64,000 nucleotides of DNA, from NCBI RefSeq assembly GCF_009834535.1, contig NC_045696.1, positions 38,628,001-38,692,000 of the forward strand, read 5' to 3'. This DNA comes from Camelus ferus. Its lineage: Eukaryota. Below are positions 1 to 13,840 of the stretch, in pieces (positions within the stretch are counted from its first letter, which is position 1; every line of letters begins with the position of its first letter). Made by a program: the position numbers and the translations under genes. The notes beneath the pieces are model-generated. The model saw nothing but the letters and a program-made list of their open reading frames with translations, was not told where the DNA came from and made no database searches.

Positions 1-47
1 TGATTGTAATTCCTTAAAACATACACATACACACACACATATTTTTC

Positions 48-215
48 CAGAAGAAGACACAGGGAAGAAAAGAAAGGAGAAGATAAAGCAAAGAGACCCT
101 GAAAAGCACTGAAAAAGGAAATGAAGAGAGAAAGGAAGGAAGAGGGATAGAGGAAGAAGAGAGAGAAAGAATTAAAAAGGAGAAGAAAGAGGTTGATAGA
201 TAAGCAAAGTGGAAG
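48..215 (+). repeat. GA-rich low-complexity purine tract
   Basis: Long stretch of nearly only A and G (agaaaggaagaagataaag... gagagaaagaa). Confidence 0.7.
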
Positions 216-254
216 AGTTACTTCTACTTAAATGAAAGCTCAGTGCTAGGAATC

Positions 255-485
255 TAAGTGGAAATTATAGGAAGAAAACAATGACTCCAAGTGAGAATTT
301 TTATCAGTTAAAGATTTTCAACAGGGAATGGATAGCCCTGTGAAATGGTGTTCTCTTTAGTGCAATAGCTACAGCAAGAAGTGGAGACTCAGCTGTCAGG
401 GATGTGTTGAAGGATTTTCTGCATTGCTGAAAAAACGAATTAAATGACTTATAAGATCTGTCCTAATACTAAGATTCTATGATTT
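255..485 (+). mobile_element. L3/CR1 LINE 3' end fragment
   Basis: ctgtcagggatgtg...ttctgcattg...aaatgacttataagatc...ctaagattctatgatt resembles the CR1/L3 3' terminus with its ATTCTRTG tail. Confidence 0.65.
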
Positions 486-999
486 AGCATTCTCCATTAA
501 GATTTTCATTGTCACAAACACATGTGTATAAAAATGTCCTCTCACTCTCTCTCCCTTTGACCTCTTTCTCACCAAAACACACACACACTCACGCACAGAG
601 ATATCCTAAGATATAAATCTTCATATGCTCAGTAGATGACCAAGAATTAGCAGCGTTTGACAGATCTTTAGGAAAAATCATCACCTCGTGACCCATGTCA
701 TAAATCTTGATTACATGCTCAAAATAAGACATATTTGTAATAATCCACAGTGAGATTTTTAGCAGCAGTGTTAGTGTTTGATGTTTTAAAATTTCAAGAA
801 GTAGCAAACTCAAAGGCAACAAGGATATTTGTGACATTGCCTTATTCCTTGCTTCTAGTTTTGAGAACACATTTTAATTTTGAACATATTACAGTACTAA
901 ATAGGGTGAATTTTAAGGGAAAGTGCAGCAAAAATGTTAATGTTCCACTTCTTTCTTGGCATTTTGAGTTAATGTCAAAATTGGCCTTCACATCTTGTC

Positions 1000-1135
1000 T
1001 TTAAACAATTACTCACTTCTCTGAGCCTCAACATCCTCATCTTTCAAGTGGAGACAGTCCTTTTCCCATAGATTTATGAGAATGAAATAAGATAGCATAC
1101 ATGGTATAAAGTAAATGTTTAATAAAAATGCATTA
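1000..1135 (+). mobile_element. MIR SINE fragment
   Basis: Core ttactcacttctctgagcctcaacatcctcatctttcaagtggaga, then gagaatgaaataagata. Confidence 0.7.
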
Positions 1136-3239
1136 GTTCCTAATTAGGAGCAAAATAATTATCTAGAGTAATTCACTATTTCTTCAGGTACCTCCACATA
1201 AGCGTAAGAAAGCAATACTTTTCTAAATGTAAGTGAGATCTTTTTGGTTAACTAACTCTGCTTGGTACTTTTCTTTTCAATATTTGTTACATACTTTTTG
1301 GTAAACTATTTGTGATTCAGAAAATATAGTATTCAGAAAGGTTTGTATTAGAACCGTTTTCAAGAATGTGGTAGTCTATTCAACAATCATTTATGTTGAA
1401 GGTCAAAGCTAAGATTTTTGATAACTTAAGAAAGGATGTATGTCAAAAATACAATTCTACTGAAGGTTATACTGAATACATTAATTCTTACTCGGGAAAT
1501 AGTACTTGAGTCTTCAGGTCTTTCAGTTAACTTCTGATCTTACAAACTCCAAAAGACATTATTATCCTGACTATTTCTTTCCTTCTCTGACTTTTTAGAA
1601 CCAGAAGTCAAAATCAACAGTTGCTCTTTTGTGTCCTAAAATCAGTTTTTCTCATGTGGAAGAACAAATGTATTTTCTGCTTTATATTCGTTGGAACTAC
1701 AGTGTTGTCACAGTATGCCAAATTCAGATGTTATATAAACTTGGATTATTAAGAAAGCAAACTCATTAAATATATTCAGAACAAATGCCTGAAGCTTTAT
1801 CTATTGAAACCTTATTTTAAAATGGAATTCCATAAAGTATTGTCCTCTCAAAACATAAAATGCAGCATTTGGGGTGTATATTGACCTATAAATTGTTTCC
1901 CACATCCTCTGCTTTAAAACTTAAGGGGTTAAAATGTATGCTTAGTGTAAATTGATACAACTTTTTTCAAAAGCAATATGCTAATAATAATATGGCACAA
2001 AATCCAAATGATAATCATAATTTTCTCTATAAAATAGTTTATCAAAGTGAAAATATATGCACAAAAAATTAGTGCATAAAATATCAACTCTCACAGGGCA
2101 ATATTGGAAACTTCATCTAACATTATCAACGTAATAGTCATTAAAGTAGAAATTATGCAAACTATATTAAAATACGGACTAGGGTTTAGAATAGGACTAG
2201 GGTTTGAAAACAGAATTATCCAAAATTATTTATATTTTAAAACTATGTAAAATATGGATATTTCCATATAAAAGGCATGTGCAAAAGTGAAGAGAGTTTA
2301 GGATTTATAAAGTTCTTAGACCCTGAAGTCCATGTATAAGTAAGAATCTGTGTAGTCAGGGATAGATTATCTTTATTTCTATTTTATAAAAGTATTGGAG
2401 CAGACTCCTATAAAATTTAAATGATATGTCTGTACAATTAATTAACCATTGGAGAACTGGAAATTGAAAAGATAGTACCTATGTTTTAATCAATAGTCAT
2501 TCTAATATGCTGCTGCCATAATTGAATGTCATATAAGTTTTGCAAGGATTATATCATTTGACCTTGAGTGCTAAATAATTATGAGGCAAAATGTCATACG
2601 TTGATAATAGTGCTTTGTGACATTGTATATTAGACTGAAAATTAACCATAAGATTGTATACATGGAAAAGGACATTTTCCAAAGTTGTAATGAATTGGTA
2701 TACTTAAATCAGCTTCTAATTTGTATGATTCACTTTAGAGTTATAATTTTTCCATAGATCACCATTTAATTATTATATTATAATTCAAGATCATTAATGC
2801 AGTGGGATAAATTTATTAGAGATAGTTTATTAGTAGTGAATGTGACCCAACTTAAATAGTAAATTCTGAACACTTTCTTATTTAGCATGTTATGTATTTC
2901 TGTCTTAGCTTATGGCATAAACTTTGATATTTCTTAGCAATTTCTATAATTATTACTCATTTTAAGGATATATTTCAGTCCAACAATAATGCTTTCATTG
3001 AATAGCTGGAAAGAGTTTTAAATATAGATTCTAAAGTATTTATTTCCTTAAGAAAACTAAACTTGTCATTCTTACAAATTTAAGATAATACTTTATCCTT
3101 AATATATAAAAACAACATTGAGAAATTAAATACAAAATTTAATACCTGAGTCATTTTTAGAAATTTAAAGTATATTCATTGTAATCATAGTCAATTTTTC
3201 AAATCCTATTCTCAACTGCAATTGGTATATTTGGATGGA

Positions 3240-4290
3240 TATCTGAAAATAAACTGGAAAGATGTCATGAGTTCATAACGTTATTTCTAATTCGAGTTTA
3301 CTAGTACAGGATTTTTACTTACCTTCATTGGTCCGATACCTGTATCTCCTTTTCTCATAAGAAAAATACCCTAATTCTCAGTAACACCAACATAATTACT
3401 CATTTGCTTTATCCCTCAATTTACACAAACATATTCAGAATCATAACACCAACACTACCTCTAACAGTATCATTACTAAAAAATAGTTTAATAATTTTTG
3501 CAGTATTTTTAAAATACTAAAAATATGTCCCATTGGGATACATGTTGTTACTGTGTTTTAACATCATTTTAAGTAGTTCCTCTTGGAAGCTCTGCTTTAA
3601 ACTCAATACACAGATTTCTTTTATTTTTCTTTTAATTTTTTTGAGATTTTTTTTTTAATGTTCATTTTTTAAAATTATTTAAAATATTTTCAGGGTTCCA
3701 AAGTAAACCTCCAAGGGGAGATATAGTCAGACATGTTTTGCTTCTAACCCTGTAGAGTCCATCCTGTTGCTTCCCACCCTCTAAGGGTAACCATTGTTAT
3801 TATTTTTATTCTTAGGTCTATCCTTACGTTGTTTTTATACATTTTCACCTTACTTTTTTCACTTAGAAATATATCCTGAAATAACTCCATTGTAGTATTT
3901 ATAGACAGTCACAATTCATTTTTACAGCTTCATAATTCTATAGTGCATGTAGCATAGTTTTTTTAACTGATTCCCTATTGATGGGCATTTAAATTGTTTC
4001 CAATCTTTATAAATGAATCTCAGTGAGTAGTCTTGTAAATATGTCACTTTGTATTTGTGCAGTATATCTTTGGGATAGATTCCCAAACTAGTGTAAATGA
4101 ATATATAATTTACCTTAAATTATTAAATTTCCCATCATAAGGGTTGTGGTTTTTTGCATTTACATCACCAGTGTATTAAAGTGCTTTTCCCCTTAGTCTG
4201 ACCAACAGAGCCCCGTGTCAAATTTTTGGAATTTTGCCAATTACCTAGGTTGATTTTTTTCACCAATCTCAGTATATTTATTGTATTTTT
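3240..4290 (-). mobile_element. Ancient L1 (L1MC/L1ME-type) 3' region
   Basis: cataattactcatttgctttatcc, ctttttcacttagaaatatatcctg and ccctattgatgggcatttaaattgtttccaatc are typical antisense L1M 3'UTR motifs. Confidence 0.7.
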
Positions 4291-5063
4291 AAGAGTGAGT
4301 TTTAAAATCTATGTAGAAAACTACTTTTGAAAATAATTAGAATACTTAAAAATGAGAAATATTTTGTTAGATAAAAGAACCTACACTTTTACATTCTAGG
4401 TAAATTTTGGAATTTTAATACAAGATAACTTTGGGTTAGGATTGGATTGTTAAAATGTTATATAGGAAAAGGAGATAAACATGATGATGAAAATAAACTT
4501 CAGAACTTAAATATTTCAGTTGTATTCAGATGTCACAGAAAACATGCAAAAGAAATAATCTTCACGTTGATAAGCAATAATTTACTGTAGTTAAGATTGT
4601 GATATAAACTTCTATTAAGTACTAAGATTTTATGAAGTACTAAGTCAAAAGGAAAGAAAAAGCCTTAAATGATCTTGTGATTGCAGAGGACTTTTCTATA
4701 GCAGCTTTAGATTTTATAAAATATAAGAATCAAGTGTATTGTACTTCATGTTGTAGCACAAAACCAAAACCAGTTTAAGGAAAATTGTCATCCTCTAAAA
4801 AAACCAGAGATGATGAGTTCTGGCCCTTATTCTTAGACTATTTGAGTTTTTTCCTATGTTCCCTAGTAGTGCTTCTAAATATATCTTAATACTTTATTTG
4901 GATTGAGTCAAGTATATCCTAAGGCTATCATATTAATCTGACATCAACAATTGCTGTCCTCTTCAACAAGAATTATGTTTTCCTTGGAAGACAAAATATT
5001 AAAGAAAAGATTATGGAGAATGATTCCTGCCAATTAATTCTTAGTTATTTTCTTTCCTTTCAG

Positions 5064-5188
5064 CACCTTCCCTGATAGGTATGGTAAGGAAGGACTGGGC
5101 ATCTCAAAATAGCATTGCCCTATCATGGCAAGCACCTGCTTTTTCCAATGGAGCCATACTGGACTACGAGATCAAGTACTATGAGAAA
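5064..5188 (+). CDS. EPHA6: EPHA6 internal coding exon (exon 6 equivalent), N-terminal half of the 2nd fibronectin type III domain
   Basis: Polypyrimidine tract ttttctttcctttcag (AG 5062-5063) and donor AAA|gtaggt (GT 5189-5190). 125 nt, phase 1 in, phase 0 out. Translates (A)PSLIGMVRKDWASQNSIALSWQAPAFSNGAILDYEIKYYEK, recognised as EphA6 FN3-2. Confidence 0.96.
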
Positions 5189-6794
5189 GTAGGTCTTATT
5201 TGGAGCTTCCTAAAAAAACTACATATACATATATATGCATATATGTATATATTAAGCATGTTGATATACAATATTATTTTACTTTAAAACCTGTTCTTCT
5301 TTGGCCTAATCTCATACCTACTATGTCTTTGAATACTCTCCAATTTACTATTGTGCTTATAATTTCTTAATTATTTTGTTTTGTTTTATGTCAGATTAAA
5401 ATAGAAGGTACAACATATTCATCTCTTATCTTGACCTACTCTAGGGAGTTTTTTACAGTATAGTAAGAAGTAGCAACTCCAACTTACAGTTTAATTGACA
5501 TAACATTGTTTCTAAAACTCAGTTGGGAAGAAATAACAGAATGGAATTACCATAACCTAAAGCAAGTTCGTGTAGGTCATATCCTTTGCCAATAAGTTTA
5601 AAGTTATGGTCTGCTATAATTTAGAAGGATGATTTAAGTTATAAATGGAAATAGCTGATGAATTTAATTTTTTCTTTACATTTACCTGTTTTATTTTATA
5701 AGCTAGCAAGATAAATCTGGTAAATAAATCAGTTGTTAACCTTAATTTCCATTTCTGTCATTTAAAACTTTTCTGAATTACATTTTCCCAAATTATATAC
5801 TTGCTTAGCTTTATTGTATTCATATTCTTTCTTTCTGCTTCCCCCCACTGTCTGTCACCACTAAGATATTGCTGCTATACATATTATCGCAGACCACATA
5901 GTCAATTCTGATAATATATCTCATTGAGCTTCTACTACCCTGGAATATTGATAAGGGAGAATTACATTAAAAAATTAAAATTTAAAAATTATATGTAATT
6001 CCCCAGTGGTATACCAAAATAAGAAAGAACTTCTTGAATTTTTGTAACTTTTTAGAAGCAAAGGAACATACAAATAAACTTAGATTTCCTATGAAGAAAT
6101 ATAGGGCAAGAAGAGAAACAGAAGTCTATATTTTTCTATTCCACTGCTTCGGAGCAAATGTAAGTTTGAAAAAGGGAGAAGACCAACTCAGTAGCATAGC
6201 TGTATCTAGTAATTTCAGCATTATGTAGTAAGTGGAAACTATCATTGTTATTAACTGATTAGGATAAATTCATAGTCTGAGAATGGAGGAATTTACTCTG
6301 TTTAAATTGGATTACAGATTCTATACATTAGTCTGGCCATCATGTGCTCAGAAATCCTATTGGGCTGTCCTTTCAAATGTTACAACCTGTCACAAGAATA
6401 TACATATTTTCTGTCACCTAGTTTAAATATACTCATGTACTCAAACCTTCTGATTATTTAAAAAGCAATGCACACATATTTATAACCAAATTTTTAGGAT
6501 GAAAATATTTCTCTGTGTTTTATAAAGGTTACATTTCACACAGAAAATTACTCTCATTCTATAGTCATTTATACTTCATATGTTTGAAGATGGATAACTT
6601 GCAGTATTTCTAGTTAAAGACAAATTAAACAGATTCCATAAAAAGGAAACAACATTCATCCAATCAGAATTTTAGAAAATAATAAGATCCTGAAAGATGG
6701 TCATTAACATAATATCCATGTTTTAATGATAGAATAAATAATGTTATGAAGGAGTTTATTTTGTAAGAAAATGGCAATGAGCCAGCGCTAATGG

Positions 6795-6990
6795 AGTAAA
6801 CCTAGAGTTGGAAGCCAAGGATTCCTGATTAATGTTACTCTGACTCTCATTATGCCTGTGGCCAGGAAAAAGTCAATTAATCTCCCTATGTCTCAGACTT
6901 CACATTTACAAACTGGAAATAAAGATATCAACCCTTCTAGTGGGTTTTAAAGATTAATTGTAAACAGACCTAAAGATGAAGAGTGCACTA
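6795..6990 (+). mobile_element. MIR SINE
   Basis: aagtcaattaatctccctatgtctcagacttcacatttacaaactggaaataaag MIR core. Confidence 0.6.
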
Positions 6991-7629
6991 AATCAGTATC
7001 ATTTAAGAAAGCTTTAGTGAATTATTTGACGTATAATACAATATAAAGTCAGGACACAATAGCATGGGAATTATGTACAAACTAAACAGAAATCATGATC
7101 TCTTCATACATAAATACATAATGTGTAGGCAACCAATGAAAGATGTTAGAATATCAGACCTTTCAGAGAGAGCATAAAATGATTGACAACATTAAACCTT
7201 TTCCCAACTGTGACTTCAAATTCTTACTATACATTTTACATATCTACATCTATAACATGGTTTCTCCTTCCAAGGAATATTTTTATAAAGCTTTGAACTA
7301 GGGCAGCTTAAAATAGAACTCAGTTAAAGTGCTAATTTCCTTATTTACTAGAAATTGAAATATTGCTCAGTAAGAAAAGCAAGATACAAAGAAATATATG
7401 TACAAATGATCTTATTTTGGGAAAACAAATATCGCCCTAGATATTTGTATGATTATACAAATAGAGAGAGTATAGAATGAAAACATGCTGTTTCAAGTGA
7501 CCTGTTGGGTTAGAGTGGGACAAGTGTATGGAAGTACATAGACAGAGGCAAGAAAGAGAGAGGGAGGTCTCAAATATAAATAAATATGGATGGATGCAGG
7601 AATGGATAGATCGTAAATAGTTCTGGTAG

Positions 7630-8075
7630 TTATCTTAGACCTAGTTGCCCAAAAGCAGATCCTGAGATGGGAATTTGTGTGCAAGTGATTAGTTAAGAAA
7701 GCTCCCAGGAGAACTGGTAAGACAATGGGGGAAGCAGGACCTGCCGGGAAGGAAGATGCCAATCAAATTCAGCGACTAAGGGGAACGCTGGAGTCTAAAT
7801 TACATCTCAGAGTTTCATTCTATGGAGACAAAGAAGCTGAGCTTCCATACTCTGGCTTCAGTCTGTCATTGAATACAGACCTGAATGGAGGCATATATGT
7901 GGTGTGCAGGAAAAAGTCTTAGGCACTTCTGGTTCTCTGGACTGGCTCCAGAAGCCCAAGGTTAGGTGTCTTAACAATATGGCAGGTACAAACCTTTAAA
8001 AAGCAAAACATATAGAAGCTGGGGCATGGGAGCAGGAACAGGTAAAGGTGATTCAAGTAGATCTGGTGGTGCACC
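7630..8075 (-). mobile_element. ERVL solo LTR (LTR16/LTR33-like)
   Basis: tcttagacctagttgcccaaaagcagatcctgagatgggaatttgtgtgcaagtgatt matches the reverse complement of LTR16/33 3' ends. Confidence 0.6.
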
Positions 8076-9031
8076 AGCTAATAGCTAAGGCACCTCAGTG
8101 CTCAGAGAGCTATGAGAGAATCTTACCCCTCAGCTTATTCCAATATTCATATTCTCCTCCATCTTTAATATTGGTGCTTCAGCCATCTTTAATTTATGGC
8201 ATCTAAACCTTACATTTCCTGTCAATCAAAGATACACTGTATTTCTAACCTATAATTAATACACAAATGATTAATATTCATACCTTTCTCTGAAAAAAGT
8301 GATTCTGTTTAAGTTCTCATTGTGTTAGAAGCATTGGTCTGTGAATCAGAAAAGGAGTTAAGCTGCTTAGTATGTGGTTGTCTGCAAATATCTAAGGTCA
8401 AACACATAGTATTGTTACCAGTGACCTTTGCTTAGAAAAAAGGCCTGGCCTAAGTGTTCAAAAATTTGAGTTTGGCTCAGACCTTTCTTAATCCTATTTT
8501 CTCATCTGTAAAATAAGGATCTGGAAAGATAATTGCTTACATTTTTAGCTGTTTTGAAATGCTACTGTTTGTGTTATACAGCTGTATAGATAGGTTATAC
8601 TATCTTTCAAGTAACTTACATATACTAAAATTAAGTGCATACACACATTTAAAAAATTCCTCACCACAGGGAATAATAACCTTCACATCAAAATTATATA
8701 TAAAAATAAGACCCTGCTATTGTTGTCTTCTGTTTCTGTGTGTGTATGTGAGTGATGAGAGGGGTATGGGGAAGAAAACATACTGCTTGTTGGTTATAAT
8801 TAGTTAGATATTCTCTGTTTAGTTAATCATACTCCCCCAATTCTTAGTTTTCCCTGTTCGTACTCAAAAAATGTTTTATTTTTTAAACTCACATGAATAT
8901 CATTTGAGTGTGAAAAGACACTAAAAATAATGAAGAAAGTCAAGTATAAGTTGCCAAAAAAAATTACATTTCGTATTTACTTACTAACAATGCTTTTCTC
9001 CAAAAGCAGAACATACTCGTAATGAGGGAAC

Positions 9032-9412
9032 TGTTAACAACCATGAAGACGGTTTAGGGATATATACACTTTATATAACACTTCATGAAGTGGATGGTCT
9101 CCTTTCAGGGAACTGCCAAATGGGGCGGAAGACAGGAAGCTTTTATAGGACAAAGAATAAAGAACAAGGAAGAAAAAAATAGAAAATATCTGATTGGCTG
9201 GAGCCACAGAGTCAACATTGTTGAGGGTGAGAAGGAACAGGGGAGGAAGAATAGTTGGCTTGGCATTTGGGGATTAGCTAACTGGATATACTGCGTTTTT
9301 GAAGCAGAACATTTACAAGGACACAAACGTGATCTAAGTTTCGGTTTGCTGATATGGCACTCCGGATGGGAGTGGCTCCATCCTGGATGTAGAAATTTAT
9401 TTCAGCATAACT
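9032..9412 (-). mobile_element. ERV1-class solo LTR
   Basis: Begins tgttaac. Contains a reverse TATA (gcttttatag) and a reverse CCAAT (ctgattggct) in LTR order, and is GC-richer than its flanks. Target-site duplication not clear. Confidence 0.55.
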
Positions 9413-9639
9413 AAGACATCATCTGCTCCCAACCCAGGTCTCAGTCTCCACCTTTGAAATGTTGCAAACTCCCCTGCAGTCACTAAATGCCAAAACTCTC
9501 ACTGAAAATCAAACATACCCTTCCAGTATCTCTCCTCTTTCCCTTCTTTCTTTATCCTTCGTTTTCGCATTGTTACTTTTCTTCTTCTTTTTCTCTGTGC
9601 CCATAGCACTTTTCTCTCTCTTGCTTCTTTGCTCTTTTA

Positions 9640-10070
9640 CTACGTTTATCAAAGTTCGTCTTGATTTAAGTCTTGTATATGTGTATCTGACTCTCTCACT
9701 AGTTTGTGAGCCCCTGAAGAAAGATCATTTCTTGTCTTTGTTGCCCAACTCCAGTCAGTGCCTAACATAGCTGTTTACTTTCAGTAAAAATTTTTAAAAA
9801 TTAATAAAATCCTCCTTGTTCAGAACTCATTTACAGGAAATTGAGACAAGTTACCTAGTGACTGTGAAATTACCCTTAGCAATTAAAAAACAAGGAAAGC
9901 AAGCCCCGGGGACTTCCTGTTTCTACCTGTTCATAAGAAAGACACTTACACTGATATCCATTGGCTGAGAGAACTCTCTGTTAATAAACAGAGCTTATGA
10001 GGACAGGGGCGTCTTTTGTCCACTTCTATATTCCCAGTGCTTAGAAAGGCACATAGTTAATAATTCATAG
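9640..10070 (+). mobile_element. Two L2 LINE 3'-end fragments (about 9640-9810 and 9990-10070)
   Basis: ctagtttgtgagcccctgaag...cagtgcctaacatag and gagcttatgaggacagggg...tattcccagtgcttagaa L2 tail motifs. Confidence 0.6.
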
Positions 10071-10074
10071 ATAG

Positions 10075-10260
10075 CGACAGTTGACCAGTTATATGCCAGG
10101 TACTTTTAAAAGTGTTTTTTATGGATTAAATAATTCAATTGTAATAACAACCCTTTGAGATAAGTACTATTACTCTTCCCATTTTACAGATAAGGAAACT
10201 AAGGTACAGGGAGGCTAAGTAATTTCACCAAAAGAACCCAGACAATAAGTGATTGTTAAT
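10075..10260 (-). mobile_element. MIR SINE
   Basis: aacaaccctttgagataagtactattactcttcccattttacagataaggaaactaaggtacagggaggctaagtaattt. Confidence 0.8.
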
Positions 10261-11384
10261 ACCTATTTACATCACAATCAGATATTTTAGAAAAGTCAGT
10301 GCTTTCTGCTGATGCTGATTTTCTAGGTTCCCTGGGGCCAAATACTTCATTACTCTCTGCTGCCCATTTTGCATCTGTAAAATGGCAACAATAAAACACA
10401 CCTACCTCACCAGGGTGTTGTACAGCTCCATTAATTACCAACTGGTAGCTCATTTTGCAAACATGAATCCCCCATAATAGTTCATTATTCTTACATCCAG
10501 TATTTAAAGACACTGTGACTGGTAAAGTCTTCTCCTTATAATTCTCTTGTTAATTTTTTTTTTAACCACAGTCAGCAGTTTTTAGATTTTGTTCAAGAAA
10601 TTTCATCATAAGAAAGAAAACATTTTTATGTACAGATGGTCAGTAATTATCCCCATGGAATACTGAATTCGTATAACTTTCCATTGTTTCACTTAGTCCA
10701 CCAATAATAGAATAAAAAGTATCCATGAGGTTTATATAAAAATATATAATTTCATGTCATGAAAAAGGTGAGGAGGTTTGTGGGAAGCTGCTTATTATGG
10801 GAAATACTTTCACCACTCAGGGGTAATTTAAAATCCTTGGTATCTTTTATAAAAGTGACATGCTTCTCAATAACAAACTTCGCACAATAAGTCTCTTTTT
10901 CTCTTCTCTCCCATCTTATTCTACTTTCTCAGGTTTTTTTCCCAACAATAACAATTCAATAAATACCACTCTTTTTTTTCTAAAATATATGATCACTAAA
11001 TCTGCATCTTTATTTGATTAAAAATATATGAAGCAATTATTGTAGAAATAATCAACTGAAAAAGAAAAAAAATCCTGCTTTCCTTTCTTATAAAATGTTC
11101 AATATACATTTCTTATTTTCTTTTGTTGTATTTCCTTCACTTAGATGTTTGCCCAAGGGAAGAAGAGAATTTTCTCTTCACTTCCTCACTTCCATGAACG
11201 CTACTCTTACCTCCATCCATTGTTTAGGCACAGAAACATATCTCGTTCATTCTCCGTGTCTCCCTTCCCCAAAGACCATCTCATGTGTACATTTTGTATC
11301 CTAAATGTAAACTTGCATGTAAACCAAATGTGGCTATTATATAAGAATTAAGAACAGTGTAATTAAGTAAAGTGCATGTGGACT

Positions 11385-11525
11385 AGCTGGATCACAGGAG
11401 GATCTTGTTTAAATCCAGATTATGAGTCTGTTGACTGGAAGTGGGATGAGGGTTTACATTTGGAACAATCCCCAGGGAATGCAGTGCCACTCCAAGGACC
11501 AAACTTTGAATTGTACGTCTCTAGA
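11385..11525. mobile_element. MER5-like hAT-Charlie DNA transposon remnant
   Basis: cttgtttaaatccagatt...gtgggatgagggtttacatttggaacaatcccca...ggaccaaactttga. Confidence 0.55.
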
Positions 11526-12420
11526 GGCCCTGCTTCTCCATTACCTCACCTGAAAGGCATAGACATAGAGAAAATAACCACAACCCTCTAAACATACACA
11601 TGAACTTAAATACTGAACCATCTTTGTAACTGGCTAGGACCACTGTAGATGTTACATGACTTGTATGATGTTTGAATCTAAAATATTAATCTGAAGCAAG
11701 ATGTAGTAAATAAGGGACTGAGTCAGTTTCAGATACAATTGAGTGTTTCTAATGGAATCATCAAATTCCTGAGCTGGTAACTAGTTTTGTGTTCTTTATT
11801 TTACTTCCTTTTCGTAATTCTTATTTTGTTGCCATGTCCACCACAGAGAAATTAGATATGAGCATTTAGTACTGATTAAAAGAACATTACCTGATAAAAA
11901 ATAGACAGCGAGAGAATTTACTGATACAGACACTCATGATGGACATTTCACGGCCAATTTCCACATTGTGTAGCAAACAGTACACTGTGCAGAAGCCTGT
12001 CTGGTTTAGCGAACCCAGGGAGTCCCCACAGGGCCTGGAGCAGAGATTCTCAGGGTCACATGCCTGGGACTGGTGCCAGTGCTGCATGTATGGTTTGAGT
12101 GTATCTAAGTTGAAAAAACTTAAAAGATATTTGCACTGTTGCGTCTAGTATAGAGTTTGTACCCACATGAAAATTACAAGTGTCTACTGACTCCTCTAGC
12201 TTTAAATTGTCTTCATTTCTTAAGAGTTTCACTAACTTTTGTTTGATTTGAAAAATGGATTTCTTTAAAATTGTAGAAGCTACATTCAGTATGTCAAAGA
12301 TTTGATACATCCAAAAAAGGAAAAATTGAAGTTGGTAGAACTAAATACTCTAAATGTACTTCATTTAAACTTCAGAATATATCTAAATTTATAGATTGAA
12401 ATGGAGGTTATAAACACAAT

Positions 12421-13004
12421 TGTTGCTGAAAGATCGGCCCCCATCCCTGATGAGCCAAGTAACCCAGAGACAAGGTCTTGGAGCTTAGAAAGAAAGAGGC
12501 AACTTTATTGCTTTAACGGGCAAAGGGGACTCACAGCAGGACTGCGAACCCACTTTGGAGATGGGATGGGGTGGTTATATAGCCCTAGCTCAAACAATAA
12601 AGCCCCTATAACAATCAACAGAATCATTTTCTCATCAGAAGACTTAGAGTGGCGTCATGATGCCTCCAGGCAACCAATTCTATAGAGGCTATCGGTTGTC
12701 ACTCTTTCAGTCTATCTTATAAGCACCCAAGGTGTGGTCTTCTTGGTAATTCAGGCTATTTTGTAAGGTTAAAGTCCTGTGACCTTCTCCCTGGAGATCA
12801 GCTCAGAGACCAAGCATGATTATAGCTTTTGATTACTGAAATAAAGTAGAAACAGTAAGATCAATAGATTTAGTTTTAACAATGGGCCTGGAACTATGAG
12901 TAAAAACCAATCATTCAGATCAGTTGACCGTTTTAAGGACAAGCATAAGAATAAGCAATCTGGTAACCTAAGTGCGGCCATTTTATTAATCTTCCTTCAT
13001 AACG
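12421..13004 (-). mobile_element. ERV1-class solo LTR, lineage-specific
   Basis: Starts tgttgctgaa, has a reverse polyA signal (ctttattg) and several retained CpGs, and ends cttcataac. Imperfect flanks caat/gaat. Confidence 0.6.
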
Positions 13005-13213
13005 AATATCAAAGTTTATATTTTGGTTTCCAAGGAAAAGAAATCCATACCCTCTTCAGTGTGCTCAGAGGGCCTGGGGTTCTTTTGGTGATATGTAGTC
13101 ACCAAAAGTCCTATCTTAGCTCTGATCTTGTAATTCTACGTAAGGCTGCACATTAATCACACTTCTGCCAACTTGGTATGTTTCAGTCAGCTCTAAAGTC
13201 CGTAACATTTTAA

Positions 13214-13346
13214 CCTTTTTTTTTTTTTTTTCTGTTGTGGGGAAGGTTATTAGGCTTTTTAATTTATTTAATGGAGGTACTGGGGATTAAGCCCAGGACC
13301 TTGTGCATGCTAAGCACTTGCTCTGCCACTGAGCTCTACCCTCCCC
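13214..13346 (-). mobile_element. Camelid Vic-type tRNA-derived SINE with target-site duplication
   Basis: Minus strand reads ggggagggtagagctcagtggcagagcaagtgcttagcatgcacaaggtcctgggcttaatccccagtacctcc (A/B-box like), then an A-rich body and poly(A). Flanked by the direct repeat ctctaaagtccgtaacattttaa at 13191-13213 and 13346-13368. Confidence 0.88.
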
Positions 13347-13840
13347 TCTAAAGTCCGTAACATTTTAATTCAATTTTACATCCTAAAGTCATAATCGGTT
13401 GCTTGGATGTTCCTGGTCAGACTTTTCTTAAATTACTTCTTCATCACTTTAATGAATTCCATGTCTTCATCTCTTTTTTTGATGAGATTAGAGTAAACTA
13501 GGTTTTTTTCCAATTCTGAAATTCCATGATTGCATAAACTTAGTATTTTTATTGTGTCTTGCTTTGCTACGCAAGGTGATAAGAAATTATCGAGTAAGAG
13601 TAGTGAAGGAAAGAGAGATTTGATGTTTCCAATGAAAATATGAAATATTTAAAAAATTACAGGAAAGTACATAAAAATCTTAAGGATGAACGAGTAGTTC
13701 AATTTCTTCAATGATTTGAAAATCTATAGTATTTTACAGACAAGTTTTGCGTTTCTAAGGAAAGAGAAAAATATAAGGCTATTTTTAAAAGATTAATTGC
13801 CACGCATAAATTTCTATCTCCTCTTAAAAGTTACTGTTTG

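Noticed and set aside
2171..2205. Short direct duplication ggactagggttt (telomere-like); similar 12-bp duplications at about 17885-17912 and 55040-55066
   Set aside because: Two-copy slippage duplications; not a (TTAGGG)n array or CRISPR-like repeat-spacer structure.
5189..5287. Hydrophobic 33-aa extension of ORF 5081..5287 past the exon donor (possible truncated or anchored isoform)
   Set aside because: It reads through a good donor into an (AT)-rich microsatellite-like tract, which explains the Ile/Tyr/Met composition. It would also cut the FN3 domain in half.
9085..9770. ORFs of 109 aa and 103 aa, the latter looking like a transmembrane protein
   Set aside because: The first lies in a solo LTR. 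The second translates a T/C-rich low-complexity tract plus an L2 tail.
13270..13346. tRNA-like sequence on the minus strand
   Set aside because: It is the head of a tRNA-derived SINE with a poly(A) tail and TSD, not a tRNA gene.
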